A stretch of DNA of 64,000 nucleotides. Source: an uncultured Gemmatimonadales bacterium. GTDB lineage: Bacteria > Gemmatimonadota > Gemmatimonadetes > Gemmatimonadales > GWC2-71-9. Location of the stretch: the NCBI GenBank assembly GCA_963748815.1, contig CAVVKJ010000005.1, positions 288,001 to 352,000 on the forward strand. Direction: 5' to 3'. The notes beneath the pieces were generated by a model. The model made no database searches. It had not been told where the DNA came from and worked only from the letters and a program-made list of their open reading frames with translations. Made by a program: the position numbers and the translations under genes. Positions 35,861-47,718 of this stretch are shown in pieces (within the stretch, counting starts at the first letter, position 1; each line of letters begins with the position of its first letter).

Positions 35861-38800
35861 ATGCACTCACCATTCCGTAAGAGGGGCGTCATCCTGGCGG
35901 GCCTGCTGGCGCTGGCGCTCGCGGCGGCTTTGCCGTCGAACGCCATGGCCAAGCCGGAACCGGGGGCCAAGAAGTCGGCCAAGGGATTCCGGCTCTTCGC
36001 CCGTCCCCTGGGCGCCATGACGATCAACCGCGTCTACTGCGGTCTGTCGTCCGACGGCCAGATCTGCGTCGACTCCACCAACTCCTCCACCGTCGGTGGC
36101 GGGTACTGGCCCAAGGGCACGGCGGACCAGTACATCTTCAACACCGGCCTGCAGCTGGCCGGCGTCGTTTCCCCGCTGGACGGCGGCCCCTGGGCCGGCG
36201 ACACCACGGGCGCGTTCTTCTTCGATCCGAAGGGGACCACCCAGCACGGCACCCAGGTGGAGCCGATCTACAACACGTCGAACAGCAGCCGACCTCGACG
36301 ACCTGCCGCTGGCCGGCTACGTCCCCTTCGGCGACGCCACGGCCGACCTGTACAACCCGCTCCTGACCGGCACCGCCACGGACCGGAAGAAGCAGGCGTC
36401 ACAGGGCGACGTCTGGTGGATGTCGTGGGACGGCGACCCGGCGCTCAACGCCGGCCGCAAGCACCCGCTCGGCATCGTCGTCGAGACCCGCGGCATGGGG
36501 TGGAACTTCCCCACCGGCAACGAAGACATCATCTACTTCGTCTACACCTTCTACAACGTCACCACGACGAACCCGGCCGACTACGTCAACATCCGGCCGG
36601 AAATGCAGGCGATCCTGCTCGACAAGGCGGCGGAGTTCCAGGCCAAGAACAACGCGACGTTCAACGTGACCCTGCCGACCGGCGGGTACACGATCGACGA
36701 CCTGTACGCGGCGTTCGCGACCGACATGGACGTGGCCTCGGCCGGCACGAACTACTCCAGCGTCAACCTGCCGTTCGCCCTGGGCTATACCTACGTCCAG
36801 AGCTTCGCGGGTGAAGTCTCCTGGACCTTCGACCCGAACATCTTCTCGGCGCCCTTCATGTTCGGCGCCGGCTTCGCGGGGGTCAAGTACCTGAAGAGCC
36901 CCACCGGTCCGGGCGAAATCCAGCTCTTCTCCAACACGGTCAACGGCTCCCCCTTCCCGGGCGCCTTCAACGACCCGCAGAACACCATCCAGCTCTGGCG
37001 CTACCTCTCGGGCAACATCTCGGTGCCCGCCGGCGACCAGCCCTGCAACACCGGCGATCCGTCGTCCAGCCGCATCTGCTGGATCAACAACACCCAGCCG
37101 GCTGACATGCGCTTCTTCCAGTCCTCCAGCGGCTTCTCGCTGCCGCCGGGCGGCCAGGGTTCGATCGTCGTGGCGTACATCTTCGCCGCCCCGGTGGCGG
37201 CGGGCGGTTGCCCCGCCCCCGGCCCGACCTGCGGCGGCGGCAACGTGAAGCCCGGCAACCCAACGCTGCTCGGCAGCCCGGCGGGCATGACCGGCGGCGT
37301 CAACCTGGTGGACAGCATCACCGGGTACATCTCGGCGACCGACCTCGACCTCAGCGGCGAGTACGAGCAGGAAGGCACCGCCGGTCCGGAGTGGACCGTG
37401 GTTCCCGGCTCGCTCCTCGGCAAGTCCTACACGGCCCAGGCCGTGTTCGACGCGAAGTTCCTGCTGCCGTTCGCGCCGGACCCGCCGAAGTTCTTCCTGA
37501 TCCCGAGCAACAACCAGGTCACGGTGGTCTGGCAGGCGTCGCCGTCGGAAGCCAACGGCGACCCGTACTACGCCATCGCCTCCGATCCGAGCAGCGCGCT
37601 CTACGACCCGAACTATCGGCAGTACGACGTCGAAGGGTACCGGATCTATCGTGGCCGGGTGGACAGCCCGGACGAGATGGCGCTCATTGCCCAGTTCGAC
37701 TTTTCGGGCACCATCTTCAACGACTATGACGGCGTCATCAACTACGTGGACGGCTGCGCTCCCGAACTGGAACATCTACCTCGACTGCCCGGTCGCCTGT
37801 CCATCGACCCGGTCGTCCCCGGTCAGCCGCGCACGGTGGCCAACCCGAACCCGATCGTCAGCCCGTTCATCGAGACGAAGTTCGGCAACCGGCTGGCGCT
37901 GGCGAGCGGGCTGTCCATCACCACCAAGGCGGACACGGTCGTCACCGGCGGCAACTCCGGGCTTCCGCCGCTTCGCGACACCGGCATCCCGTACATCTAC
38001 GTGGACAACGGCGTCCGCAACAACTTCCGGTACTTCTACGTGGTCACGGCGTTCGACGTGAACTCGTGGACGTCCGGCCCGACCAGCCTCGAGTCGCCCG
38101 AAGGCGGGGACCGCGTCGGTCATTCCGCAGGCGCTGGCGTCCAACCTCGTGCAGACCGGCACCCTCACGCCGGGCATGTTCGGGCGGCCCAGCGCCGAGG
38201 AGCCGGGCGGAACCAACCAGAGCCTCGTCTTCCCCAAGACGCCCGGGCTCAACACCAACGGCACCTTCACCGGGCCCTTCCCGCCGGCCACGGTTCAGCT
38301 CGGCTTCGTCGGGTTCGCGAGCCAGGTGGTCGGCGCCTCCGGGGCGCTCTCCGCGAAGCTCGACAGCCTCCAGGTCGGCGACGTCGACCTGACCGGCTGC
38401 TGCGGCGGCGGTCAGCCCGGTAAGCCGGCGGTGTACTACTTCACGATGTCCAACGGGTCGGACCCGGCATTCCAGATCGCGGTCCCGCTCCAGCAGGACC
38501 TCGGCGTACGATGTGTCGACCGACGTGTACTTCGCCGGTCCGGCCATCGACGGCTCCCTCGCCTCGCTCTACGGCGGCGACGGAACCTACGGCACCCTCA
38601 GCGCGCTCTTCACCCCGACCATCACCGCGGGCCCGATTGCCGCGGACTGGGGACTCGGGTCGGCGCTCAATGAACCGTTCCTCGCGCCGTCGGAGTTCCC
38701 GACCGGCGTGACCGGCGTCAACTACAACGGCTGGCGCTGGTTCGACGGCCCCTCGCCGACGACCAACGAGACCATGGCCGATCCGATCGGCGGTTCCTGC

Positions 38801-39895
38801 GGCACCGGAGCCACCGGCACGACGGCCTGCGCCAGCCAACGGCACCACGTCGTTCGCGAACGCCGGCCAGCTGACCGGGGTCACCACGGTCTACCAGCCG
38901 ATGTCGTACAACATGTACAACCGTGAATGGCGCAACGTGGCCGAATACCCAGTCGAGCGCCATTCGCGCCGCCGACTTCAACGTCTACTGGGGTGCGGCC
39001 GGCGTCGTCGACTCGATCATCGACGTCACCCACAACGTTGAGGTCCCCTTCCAGACCACCGCCGGTGGCGGCTGGGGCATCCTGAACACCTCCGACCAGG
39101 GGGCGGGCGGCTTCGACAACCGGCCGACCGTGCTGACTCCGACCGACTGGACCTGCGTGGATCCATTGCGCACCCAGGCGCCGGGCAGCGGCGCGGGCAC
39201 ATTCTTCCCGTGTGCCGCCGCCGCAGGCTTCGTCCTGAGCAACACGGCGGAGCTCGGCGCCATCGCCTTCGGTTCAGGCAATGCGCAGTCGGCCACGGCC
39301 ACCAAGTCGGACCGCAACCCGGCCAACATCGAGGCCGAGGGCGGCTTCTACATCTGGATCGCCGGCACCATCAGCGGCTTCACAATGCCGTCGCTGCCGG
39401 CGGCCGGCACGGTCTGGGCCCTCCGGAGCTACACCGGCGTCATCTACGGTGGCAACGGCGTGGCGCAGTCCGGCAATCGCGGTCCCTACTCGTTCGTGGC
39501 GGCCACCCGGCCGTTCACTGCGGTGGGCGCCACGATGGGCGTGCGAATACGACGTGGTCAACGACTTCAACGTCGCTGCGTCGAACCTGGATCTCTCGAC
39601 GATCCACACGGTGCCGGATCCGTACTACGTCACCAACGCCTACGAGGTGGACTACACCTCGAAGGTCATCAAGTTCGTGAACCTTCCGCTGCAGGCGACG
39701 ATCCGCATCTACTCGTCGAGCGGGATCCTGGTCCGGGTCCTCAATTACGAGGCCTCTCAGAACGGCGGCATGCTGGACTGGAACGTCCGGAACCGGAACA
39801 ACCAGGTCGTTGCAAGCGGTGTGTACTTCTATCACGTCGAATCGGGCAGTGCGCGCCACATCGGGCGCATGACGATCGTCAACTTCGCCAAGTAG
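35861..39895 (+). CDS. large (~1340 aa) secreted protein with FN3-like elements and a T9SS-type C-terminal sorting domain (multiple frameshifts)
   Basis: Signal peptide; QVTVVWQ...VEGYRIYRG...YFYVVTAFD; C-terminal IHTVPDPYY...IKFVNLP..ATIRIYSSSGILVR...WNVRNRNNQVVASGVYFYHVE. Confidence 0.8.
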
Positions 39896-39901
39896 CCACG
39901 C

Positions 39902-39935
39902 CGGGGGTGGGGGGAACATTTCCCCCCACATCCCG
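39902..39935 (+). other. intergenic stem-loop between the CTD gene and porV
   Basis: GTGGGGGGAA-CAT-TTCCCCCCAC core stem with no U-tract. Confidence 0.6.
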
Positions 39936-39956
39936 CATCCAGGAGACAGAATACTT

Positions 39957-41078
39957 ATGAAGCGGCACACTGCGCATGGGTTGGCCCTGGCGGCGCTGCT
40001 GGTGGGCGGGTTGCCCGTGGCCCTCGCGGCCCAGGCATCCGAGATCAACGCGGACAACACGCCATACGGCACGACGTCGGGAGAATTTCTTCTCCTCGGC
40101 GCCAGCGCCCGCGGCGCCGCGCTCGGCAACGCCTTCCAGGCCATCGCCAACGACGTCTCGGCCCTCTATTACAATCCCGCCGGCATCGCCATGATGGAAC
40201 GCCCGGGAGCGCTCGTCAGCACGTACTCGTACGTCGCCAGCACCCGGTACAGCTGGGGCGGTTTGGCCTTTCCGTTCTCGGGCGGCGCCCGGGCGGTCGG
40301 CCTCCACCTCGGCACCTTCGGGTTCAAGGACCAGCCGGAATACACGGTGGACCTCCCCGACGGCACCGGCGGCACCTACTCCGTGAGCGAGTCCTACCTC
40401 GGCCTCACCTACGCGGAGAACTTCTCGGACCGCTTCTCGGCCGGCATCACCGCCAAGGGCGTCTTCGACCAGCTGGGTGAAGTGAGCGGGAGCGCGTTCG
40501 CGGTCGACTTCGGCACCAATTTCCACTCGGCGCTGAACAACCACCCGATCAAGTTCTCCTTCGTCATCCAGAACCTCGGCACCAACCTGAGCTACAGCGG
40601 CGACGCGCTCAACGTCGGCGTCCCCCGGGACCCGGCCGAAGGCGAAGAGGCCGTGCCGAGCAACCCGCAGCCGGGTTCGTACCGCACCAAGGCGTTCTCG
40701 CTGCCGACCACCTTCACCGTGGCCGTGGCGTACGACATCATCGCCAAGGAAAGCACCCGCTGGACGCTGCTCGCCGACTTCAACCAGCCGAACAACACGG
40801 GCCCCGGCTACGTGTTCGGCACGGAGTTCGGCTTCCCGCAGATGGGCGGCAGCAACTTCAACGGGTCGGTCCGCGCCAGCTACAGCTACGCCTCGGCCAA
40901 CTCCGGTCAGGACGTCTCGGGCAGCCAGCTCAACGAAGAGCAGAGCTACCAGGGCTCCGCCGTCGGCGGCGGCCTGAGCTACACGACCGAAACGTTCAAT
41001 CTCGGGTTCGACTATGCCTGGAAGTACATGGGCATTCTCGGCTCGACCAATTTCTTCACGTTCAGCATCGGCTGGTAA
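39957..41078 (+). CDS. PorV/PorQ family outer-membrane protein
   Basis: EFLLLGASARGAALGNAF...DVSALYYNPAG N-terminal signature; AFAVDFG; C-terminal FTFSIGW. Confidence 0.88.
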   Translation: MKRHTAHGLALAALLVGGLPVALAAQASEINADNTPYGTTSGEFLLLGASARGAALGNAFQAIANDVSALYYNPAGIAMMERPGALVSTYSYVASTRYSWGGLAFPFSGGARAVGLHLGTFGFKDQPEYTVDLPDGTGGTYSVSESYLGLTYAENFSDRFSAGITAKGVFDQLGEVSGSAFAVDFGTNFHSALNNHPIKFSFVIQNLGTNLSYSGDALNVGVPRDPAEGEEAVPSNPQPGSYRTKAFSLPTTFTVAVAYDIIAKESTRWTLLADFNQPNNTGPGYVFGTEFGFPQMGGSNFNGSVRASYSYASANSGQDVSGSQLNEEQSYQGSAVGGGLSYTTETFNLGFDYAWKYMGILGSTNFFTFSIGW

Positions 41079-41127
41079 CGGCGCGATGCGACGGCAGCGG
41101 CTCCGGCCGCTGCCGCCCAGGAGCACA

Positions 41128-42567
41128 ATGGTTCGCTGGTTTTCGCTGGCCCTCGCGGCTGGCGTACTCGTCGCCCCGACCCGGATCGGTGAGCGGCCAG
41201 CCGAAGATGTGATGGCGGTCCGGGCGGTCCGGTTCTATCGGGCCGAAACCCGCCAGACACTGGTCAAGGCGTTTGTTCAGATTCCGTACGTGGTCTTCTC
41301 GAACGACGCCGGCACCGGCTCCAGCGACCAGGTCACCTACTTCGTGACCGTCAAGGTGTCCGATTCCACCGGACTCGGGCTCCTGCAGGAAGGATGGACC
41401 AACCACATCGCGAAGGCCCTGGCGGTGCCGGGGGTGGTGGGGCTGGAAATGCTGGAGTTCCCTGTCCTCCCCGGGAACTACGTCCTCGACGTGACGATCG
41501 AGGACAGCGTGACCGGGCGGAAGGCGTTCGCCACGGCGGCCATCGAGGGGTATCGATCCCCGCCGGCCGTCTCGGACCTGCTGCTTTCCCCGGAAATCCG
41601 GGTGGCAGCGCCGGGCGACACGGTGCCGAAGCCCGGCGAGTTGCGGATCGGGAATGTCCTGGTGACCGGAGCGGTGGAACTGCACCTGACGCCGCTGCAG
41701 AGCCAGGCCTACTACCTGATCGAGGCGTACGGTGCGGCACCCGCGAACGGCACCTTGTCGGCCGCCATTCGCGACTCGGCAGGGAAGACGATCCTGAAGA
41801 CGCCAGCGGCGGCGGTCAACGTGCCGGCCGGTGGCGGAGTCCTGAAGGGTCAGCTGGACTTGACGGGGTTGCCGGAAGGGCAGTACACGATGGCGGTGTC
41901 AGTCGCCCTCGAAGGCGTCACGTCGGAGCGGGAACAGCCCTTCGTGATGGCCAATCTCGACGAAACGCTGCGCAAGGAAGCGGCGCGAATCGAGATGGAA
42001 CAGCGGACCGACGCGGGGTACTTTGCCGCGATGAACGAGGCGCAGCTGGACAGCGCCGCCGGTCCCCTGCTCTACATCGCGACGCCGTCGGACGGGCTGA
42101 ACATGTACAAGGACCTGAGCGTCGATGCCAAACGGCGCTGGTTGACGGAGTTCTGGGTCCAGCGGGACCTGAGTCCCGGGGTGGCGCGGAACGAGACGCG
42201 CGAGAATTTCTACGAGGCGGTCGCCTACGCCAACCAGCAGTTCAAGGTGGGGGGTCGCCGCACCACCCCAGGGTGGCGCACCGACCGGGGCCGGATCTAC
42301 GCGAAGCACGGGCCCTACGACGCGTTCCTCGACCGGGTGTCCCAGGGCCAGGCGCCGCCCTACCAGGTCTGGCGCTATACGAAGCAGAAGGACCTGTATT
42401 ACATCTTTGTTGACCGGAACAATCTGGGCGAGTTCCTGATGATTTACACGAACGACCTCACCGAGGTCTCCCGGCCCGACTGGCGGGATCTCCTGACCGC
42501 CGACGGGGTCATCGATGTGGGGCGCTGGCTGGGCGTGAATTTCTTCGGACCACAAAGCGACCAGTAA
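41128..42567 (+). CDS. GWxTD domain-containing protein
   Basis: EFWVQRD...FYEAVAYANQQF...PGWRTDRGRIYAKHGP. Confidence 0.88.
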   Translation: MVRWFSLALAAGVLVAPTRIGERPAEDVMAVRAVRFYRAETRQTLVKAFVQIPYVVFSNDAGTGSSDQVTYFVTVKVSDSTGLGLLQEGWTNHIAKALAVPGVVGLEMLEFPVLPGNYVLDVTIEDSVTGRKAFATAAIEGYRSPPAVSDLLLSPEIRVAAPGDTVPKPGELRIGNVLVTGAVELHLTPLQSQAYYLIEAYGAAPANGTLSAAIRDSAGKTILKTPAAAVNVPAGGGVLKGQLDLTGLPEGQYTMAVSVALEGVTSEREQPFVMANLDETLRKEAARIEMEQRTDAGYFAAMNEAQLDSAAGPLLYIATPSDGLNMYKDLSVDAKRRWLTEFWVQRDLSPGVARNETRENFYEAVAYANQQFKVGGRRTTPGWRTDRGRIYAKHGPYDAFLDRVSQGQAPPYQVWRYTKQKDLYYIFVDRNNLGEFLMIYTNDLTEVSRPDWRDLLTADGVIDVGRWLGVNFFGPQSDQ

Positions 42568-42651
42568 ACGATTGGTTCATTTCAAGGGAGTTTCACTGCA
42601 GGACGCCGGAAAGAGCCGCTTTCCACCGTCTTCCGAGAACGAGGTACAAGT

Positions 42652-44362
42652 ATGACACGTTTGATTCGTGGTTCGGTCCTGCTCGCCGCCTGTGTGGGCC
42701 TCTGGTCTTGTGGCACTGACTCGACCTCGAGTGAGGCCGGGGTGCCCTACAAGATCGTCTCACTGCCATCGGTGGTGTTCATCAAGACCGATTCGTCCCA
42801 GCTGATTTCCTTCCAGCTGGTCGATGAGCTCGACGGACAGATCCCGACGAACTGGACGCTGACCAGCGCCTCGCCGAACTTCACGGTGGCGCTGGACTCG
42901 TCCTATCGCGTGGTCTACAACTCCGACGGCACCCTCACGCTGCCGGATTCTCAGACCGAGGTGCGCGCCACCATCACGGGCACCAGCCTGCTCGGTATCT
43001 CGGAATTCACCGTCTCGGCCGGCGGCAAGACGCTGACCATCCCGGTGAACACCGTCCCCGGCACCCTGTACGCCACCTTCAGCCCGGCCAACCCGGCTCC
43101 CGGCGAAACCGTCACTATGACGATGCCGCCGTCGCTCCGGCTCACCCCGGCGTCCAGGATCGGGTTCCCCGGCAACAACACGAGCGCGACCGACACCTCG
43201 AGCATCCGGAACCTGGTCATCGCGGCGGACTCGATGTCGGCCACGTTCATCGCCGCGCCGACGGTCGACACGGTGGCGCGGGTCACGAACGTCTACAACA
43301 CCGAGTTCCCGACCATCGTCCCCGTCACGCTGACCAGCCAGACCAAGGTGACCGGCACGCAGTCGGCCACCTGGAACGGGCAGCTGCCGGCCACGCTCTC
43401 CCCGCTGGTCGGCGGCCAGCTGACGGCCACGCTCGACCCGGCGTATGCGTACAAGTGCGACCCGACCTGCGCCAACGCGCTCCGTCGGTCTTCTCCTTCC
43501 CGACGCAGACGGCGCCGATCGTGGTGAGCGTCTCGGCGGACAGCACGGTCGCCACGCTCCAGGTCGGCCCGAACGTGCTCGTCGGTGCTCCAGGTGACCC
43601 GCATCACCTTCAAGGGCGCGCCGATGTTCGAGTACACGCTGACCTCGGCGGATGAGGTGAACAGCACTCGGTGTGCCTGACTTCCACGGCCACGTTGAGC
43701 GCTACACACCCCCAGATTGGCGACACCATCGACGCTTACGGCTTGCGGCGGGTCAAGTTCGACCTTCTCGGCCAGCTGGCGCGTACCACGGCCCTAATGC
43801 GGCGTGCGATGGTCCGTCAGCGCGGACAGCTCCCACCATGACGATCCAGCCGTAGCCCGGCTCCACCGGACTGCCGACCGTGAGCGGCGTTATCGCACCG
43901 ACGGACCCGGCTTTGCCAATCGTCCTTCCGGCCGGGCACGTCGAACTTGCTCACGCAATCGACCGCGACGAGCCATCCCCCCACCGGGACCCGACGCCTG
44001 GCACTGCCCGGTAATCGTTCTACGAACGCCGGGCTGTTCGACTCGGTCATCCTGCGGGCGTGTCAGCTGCGGTCTGAACGATCGTCGATGCGTCAGGATC
44101 GACCAGATCACCGTGCCGCGGGGAGCAGGACCTTCACCCCGACTTGGTCGAACGACTCGGCCCTTGGCGACTGCTACTTCCCAAGCCACGCTGGCGGATT
44201 CGCGGTGCGGGCATCACTACTGGATGCGATGCTCACGGCAGGGGAGACTGCACAACCGGAAAGCTGACGGCCGACCTTCCCGGCGGGAACGTACTTCCTG
44301 GAGGTGGAGAATCGTGCCGGTATCCGATCCGGATCCGATCTGGCTCAGATTCAGCTCAGTAG
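42652..44362 (+). CDS. putative beta-rich lipoprotein; 3' half heavily disrupted by indels, end approximate
   Basis: GAGG RBS, lipobox LWSC; Thr/Ser/Pro-rich Ig-like strands; frame lost after ~43480; residual LPAGTYFLEVEN-like sequence near 44290. Confidence 0.5.
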
Positions 44363-44462
44363 AGCAAGGAGTAGCGATGGTAGTGGGAGACTGGGCAGCG
44401 CCCCCGCGAATATCCGGGGGCGCTCTTGCGTTGCCGTCCTCCGGCGAGCCCCGGCTCGCGCG

Positions 44463-45867
44463 CTACCTGGTCGGGTCTCCCAGGCCCGCGGCGTAGAGTG
44501 AGCCGATGCGCTGCACGCGGAAGATGTAGGCGCCGTCCACGCCGGTCAGCTCCCACACCCTGTTGCCGGCCTGGTCCACCTCGATGACCCGCCCGCGCGC
44601 GGCCGAACGACACCGTCCCGTGCCCGTCGGCGTGGTACTGGGTGCTCCCGCCGACGTTGGTATAGGTGGTCGGGGCGTCGATGAACTCCCATTCCATCGT
44701 GGCCGTCATTGCGTCGGTGTCGAGCAGGTACCGCACGAACCGGCTCGGCGCCGACAGGCCGTTGTCCAGCATCTGGACTTGGTCCGGGCCCCGCCCACCG
44801 GACGCCGTGCTGCCGCTGGAAGCTGCCCTTCGGGTCGCCCAGGATGGTGAACTCGTTCGCGAGCCCGCCGAACCGCCAGATGACCGCCCCGGTGACGCGG
44901 TCGACCTTGGTCACCTCGTCGAGGCTCCGGAAGCCGAGGATGAGATTGGAGTCGCTGTCGAACCCGAGGCCGTTGCCATGCGTGAAGTTGACCGCCGGCC
45001 CGGTCCGCTCGGACAGGGCCAGGTCGGTGATGGCGAAGTGGTCGAAGGCGTTCCACTCCCAGAGCACCGCGCCGGTGGCGGAGAGATGCTGCACCACCGT
45101 GGCGGTCACCGCCGCGGCCGCCTGCCCGCCGACGGCGGTCAGGTCCATCGTGCGGGTTTCGTCGCAGAGCAGCCAGGCGTCGCCACCGGCGCTCGATCAG
45201 CAGATCGTGGAAGCGGGTCGGCCGCCCGGAACATGCGAGGGTCGCCGGTCTGCTCACCGAGGCTGTTCAGCACCCGAAATTCCGTCTCGAGCGGGCCGGT
45301 ACCGAGGAGCGTGTAGCGCCCCACCGGATGCGCCTGAAAGGAATTGAGGGTGCCGTTCGGCGAATGAGTGGTACCAGACCACCTTCCCCGAGTTGTCGAC
45401 GGTGACCGCCGCCATCCGGCAGCGACAGCGCCAGGTAGCCTGGCTGCGCGGAGGTGCCGACGCTTCCGATGGCGGGAATCCAGGCCGGCAGCGACCCGCT
45501 GGTAAAGGGGAGGGAGTCGACGACGCGATCGGCCGATCCCGGCCAGCGTGAGGACGACGCGGAAGGTGTAGGCGGTCGCGGTGTCGAGGCCGAGGACGGG
45601 GACCCGGACCACGGTGTCGCCGGCGAATCCGACTGCCGGGGTCCGGACCACCGGCGCCGCGCCACCGCCTGGTACTCGATGTAGGCGCTGTCGTACGCCT
45701 CGGCCCGGACCAGCACCGCGGCCGCGAGCACGTTTTCCGGAATGTCCTGTACCGATGCGCCGGCGTATTGCTGGGGAGGGGTCGGGGCCTGGGTGTCGGA
45801 GTCGCTGCATCCCGCCAGCCACAGCGAACGCGAAGGCGGCGACAAGGGCACGTGGAAGCCGGGTCAT
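44463..45867 (-). CDS. aryl-sulfate sulfotransferase (ASST)-like lipoprotein (multiple frameshifts)
   Basis: Fragments LWEWNAFDH, NFTHGNGL, LILGFRSLDEVTKVD...VIWRFGG, FQRQHGVR, GGSTQ; N-terminal lipoprotein-like signal. Confidence 0.7.
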
Positions 45868-45902
45868 TCGGTCCTCTGGGTCTGGACGTGTGTCTCAGGG
45901 GG

Positions 45903-47718
45903 TCATGCCTCGGCGGGGACGCCCTCCAACTCGGCATCTCCACTTCGGAACTGTCGTCTGATATAAGCGAGAATAGAGGCCATTTTGCGCCAGCAGGTCG
46001 GTGTGCGTCCCTTCCTCCACCACCCGCCCGTGGTCCAGCACCACCAGCCGGTCGGCCCGCCGGACGGTGCTCAGGCGGTGGGCAATAATAAGCGTGGTGC
46101 GGCCGACCAGCAGCTTTTCGAGGGCGTCCTCCACCAGCCGTTCGCTCTCGGTGTCCAGGCTGCTGGTGGCCTCGTCGAGGACCAGGACAGCCGGGTCCTT
46201 GAGCACCGCCCGGGCAATGGCAATCCGCTGCCGCTGGCCCCCCGACAGCTTGACCCCCCGCTCCCCCACGATCGTCCCGTAGCCGTCCGGCAGCCGCTCC
46301 ACGAACTCGTGGGCGTGCGCGGCACGGGCCGCCCGCTCCACGTCAGCCTCAGAGGCATCTGGGCGCGCATAGGCGATGTTCTCGCGGACGGTGCCGCTGA
46401 ACAGGGCCGGCTCCTGGGGGACCACCCCGATGGCACCCCGAAGGTCCCTGAGCCGAAGCTGGCGGACATCCACCCCCTCCAGCCGGATGCTCCCCTCCGC
46501 CACGTCCCAGAACCGGGGGAGGAGGCTCACCAGCGTCGTCTTTCCGGCCCCCGAGGGCCCCACGATGGCCACCACCTCGCCCGGCGCCAGCGCCAGCGAC
46601 ACCTCCCGGACGGCCCAGGGGGCGTCGGGGTGGTCCAGGTACCTGAAGGACACCCGGTCGAATTCCACCCGGCCCCTGAGCGGCGTGGGGAGGGGGGTGG
46701 GAGCGGGGGGGTCGGCAATGGCGGAATCGGCCTCGAGCAGCTGGAACACCCGCTCCGCTGCCCCCACCGATTCCTGGTAGTTGCTGAAGAAGGAGGCCAG
46801 CGCCCCCACCGAGGCGGCAATCGTCACGGTGTACAGGAGGAAGCTCACCAGGGTGCCGGCGGTCAGGGAGCCGTCCAGCACCAGCCGCCCCCCCTGCCAG
46901 AGCACGATGACGATCCCGGTGAACATGCTGAAGGTGATGGCCCCGAAGAACACCCCGCGCACCTGCGCCCGGACCAACGCCGACTCGACCACCTTGCCGA
47001 TCATCCCGCCATACCGCGCCCGCTCCGCCGGTTCCTGCACGAAGCTCTGCACCGTCCGGATCTGGCTGAAGGCCTCCTCCGCCACCGCCGTCGCGTCGGC
47101 CACCCGGTCCTGGACCCCGGTGCTGATTCGCCGGAGGCGGCGGCCGAAGAAGAGCGCCGTCCAGACCGCCACCGGGACGACGGCGAGGGCGGTGAGCGTC
47201 AGGCGGGGCTGGAGCCAGGTGAGGAGCGCGATGCCGCCCACCAGCGCCAGGATCTGCCGCGAAAATTCCGCGATCTGGTGGCTCAGGACCCCCTGCAGGA
47301 GCCCGATGTCGATGGTCAGCCGGCTGGTGAGCTCTCCCGTCTTCCGGTCGGCAAAGAACCCCGGCGGCATGTCCAGCAGCTTGGCGAAGAGCTCTTCGCG
47401 GAGGCCGGCCACCGCCCGCTCGCCGGTGGCGCTGAGGAGGTAGGTCTGGGCGTAGTTGAGAAAGGCCTGGATCAGGAAGAGTCCGGTCAGGCCGAGGGCC
47501 ACCCGGTCGAGGAGCGAGCGGTCCTGGTCCACGAAGGCCGCGTCGAGGAGGCGTCCCACTACCAGCGGAAAGGCGAGTCCGATGGCGGCGCTCAGGAGCA
47601 GCGCCAGCGACGCGAGCGCCAGCGCCCGGCGGTGGGGCCGCACCCGCGGCCAGAGGCGGGTGAGCTGCTTTGGGGATGGGAGACGGCGGCGGGCGGCTGG
47701 CTCGAGGGGCGTCGTCAC
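45903..47718 (-). CDS. ABC transporter fused permease/ATPase (MsbA-like exporter)
   Basis: Six TM helices, GPSGAGKTT, LSGGQRQR, LDEATSSLD, IAHRLST; GTG overlaps the cyoE stop; probable indel near 45957. Confidence 0.92.
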
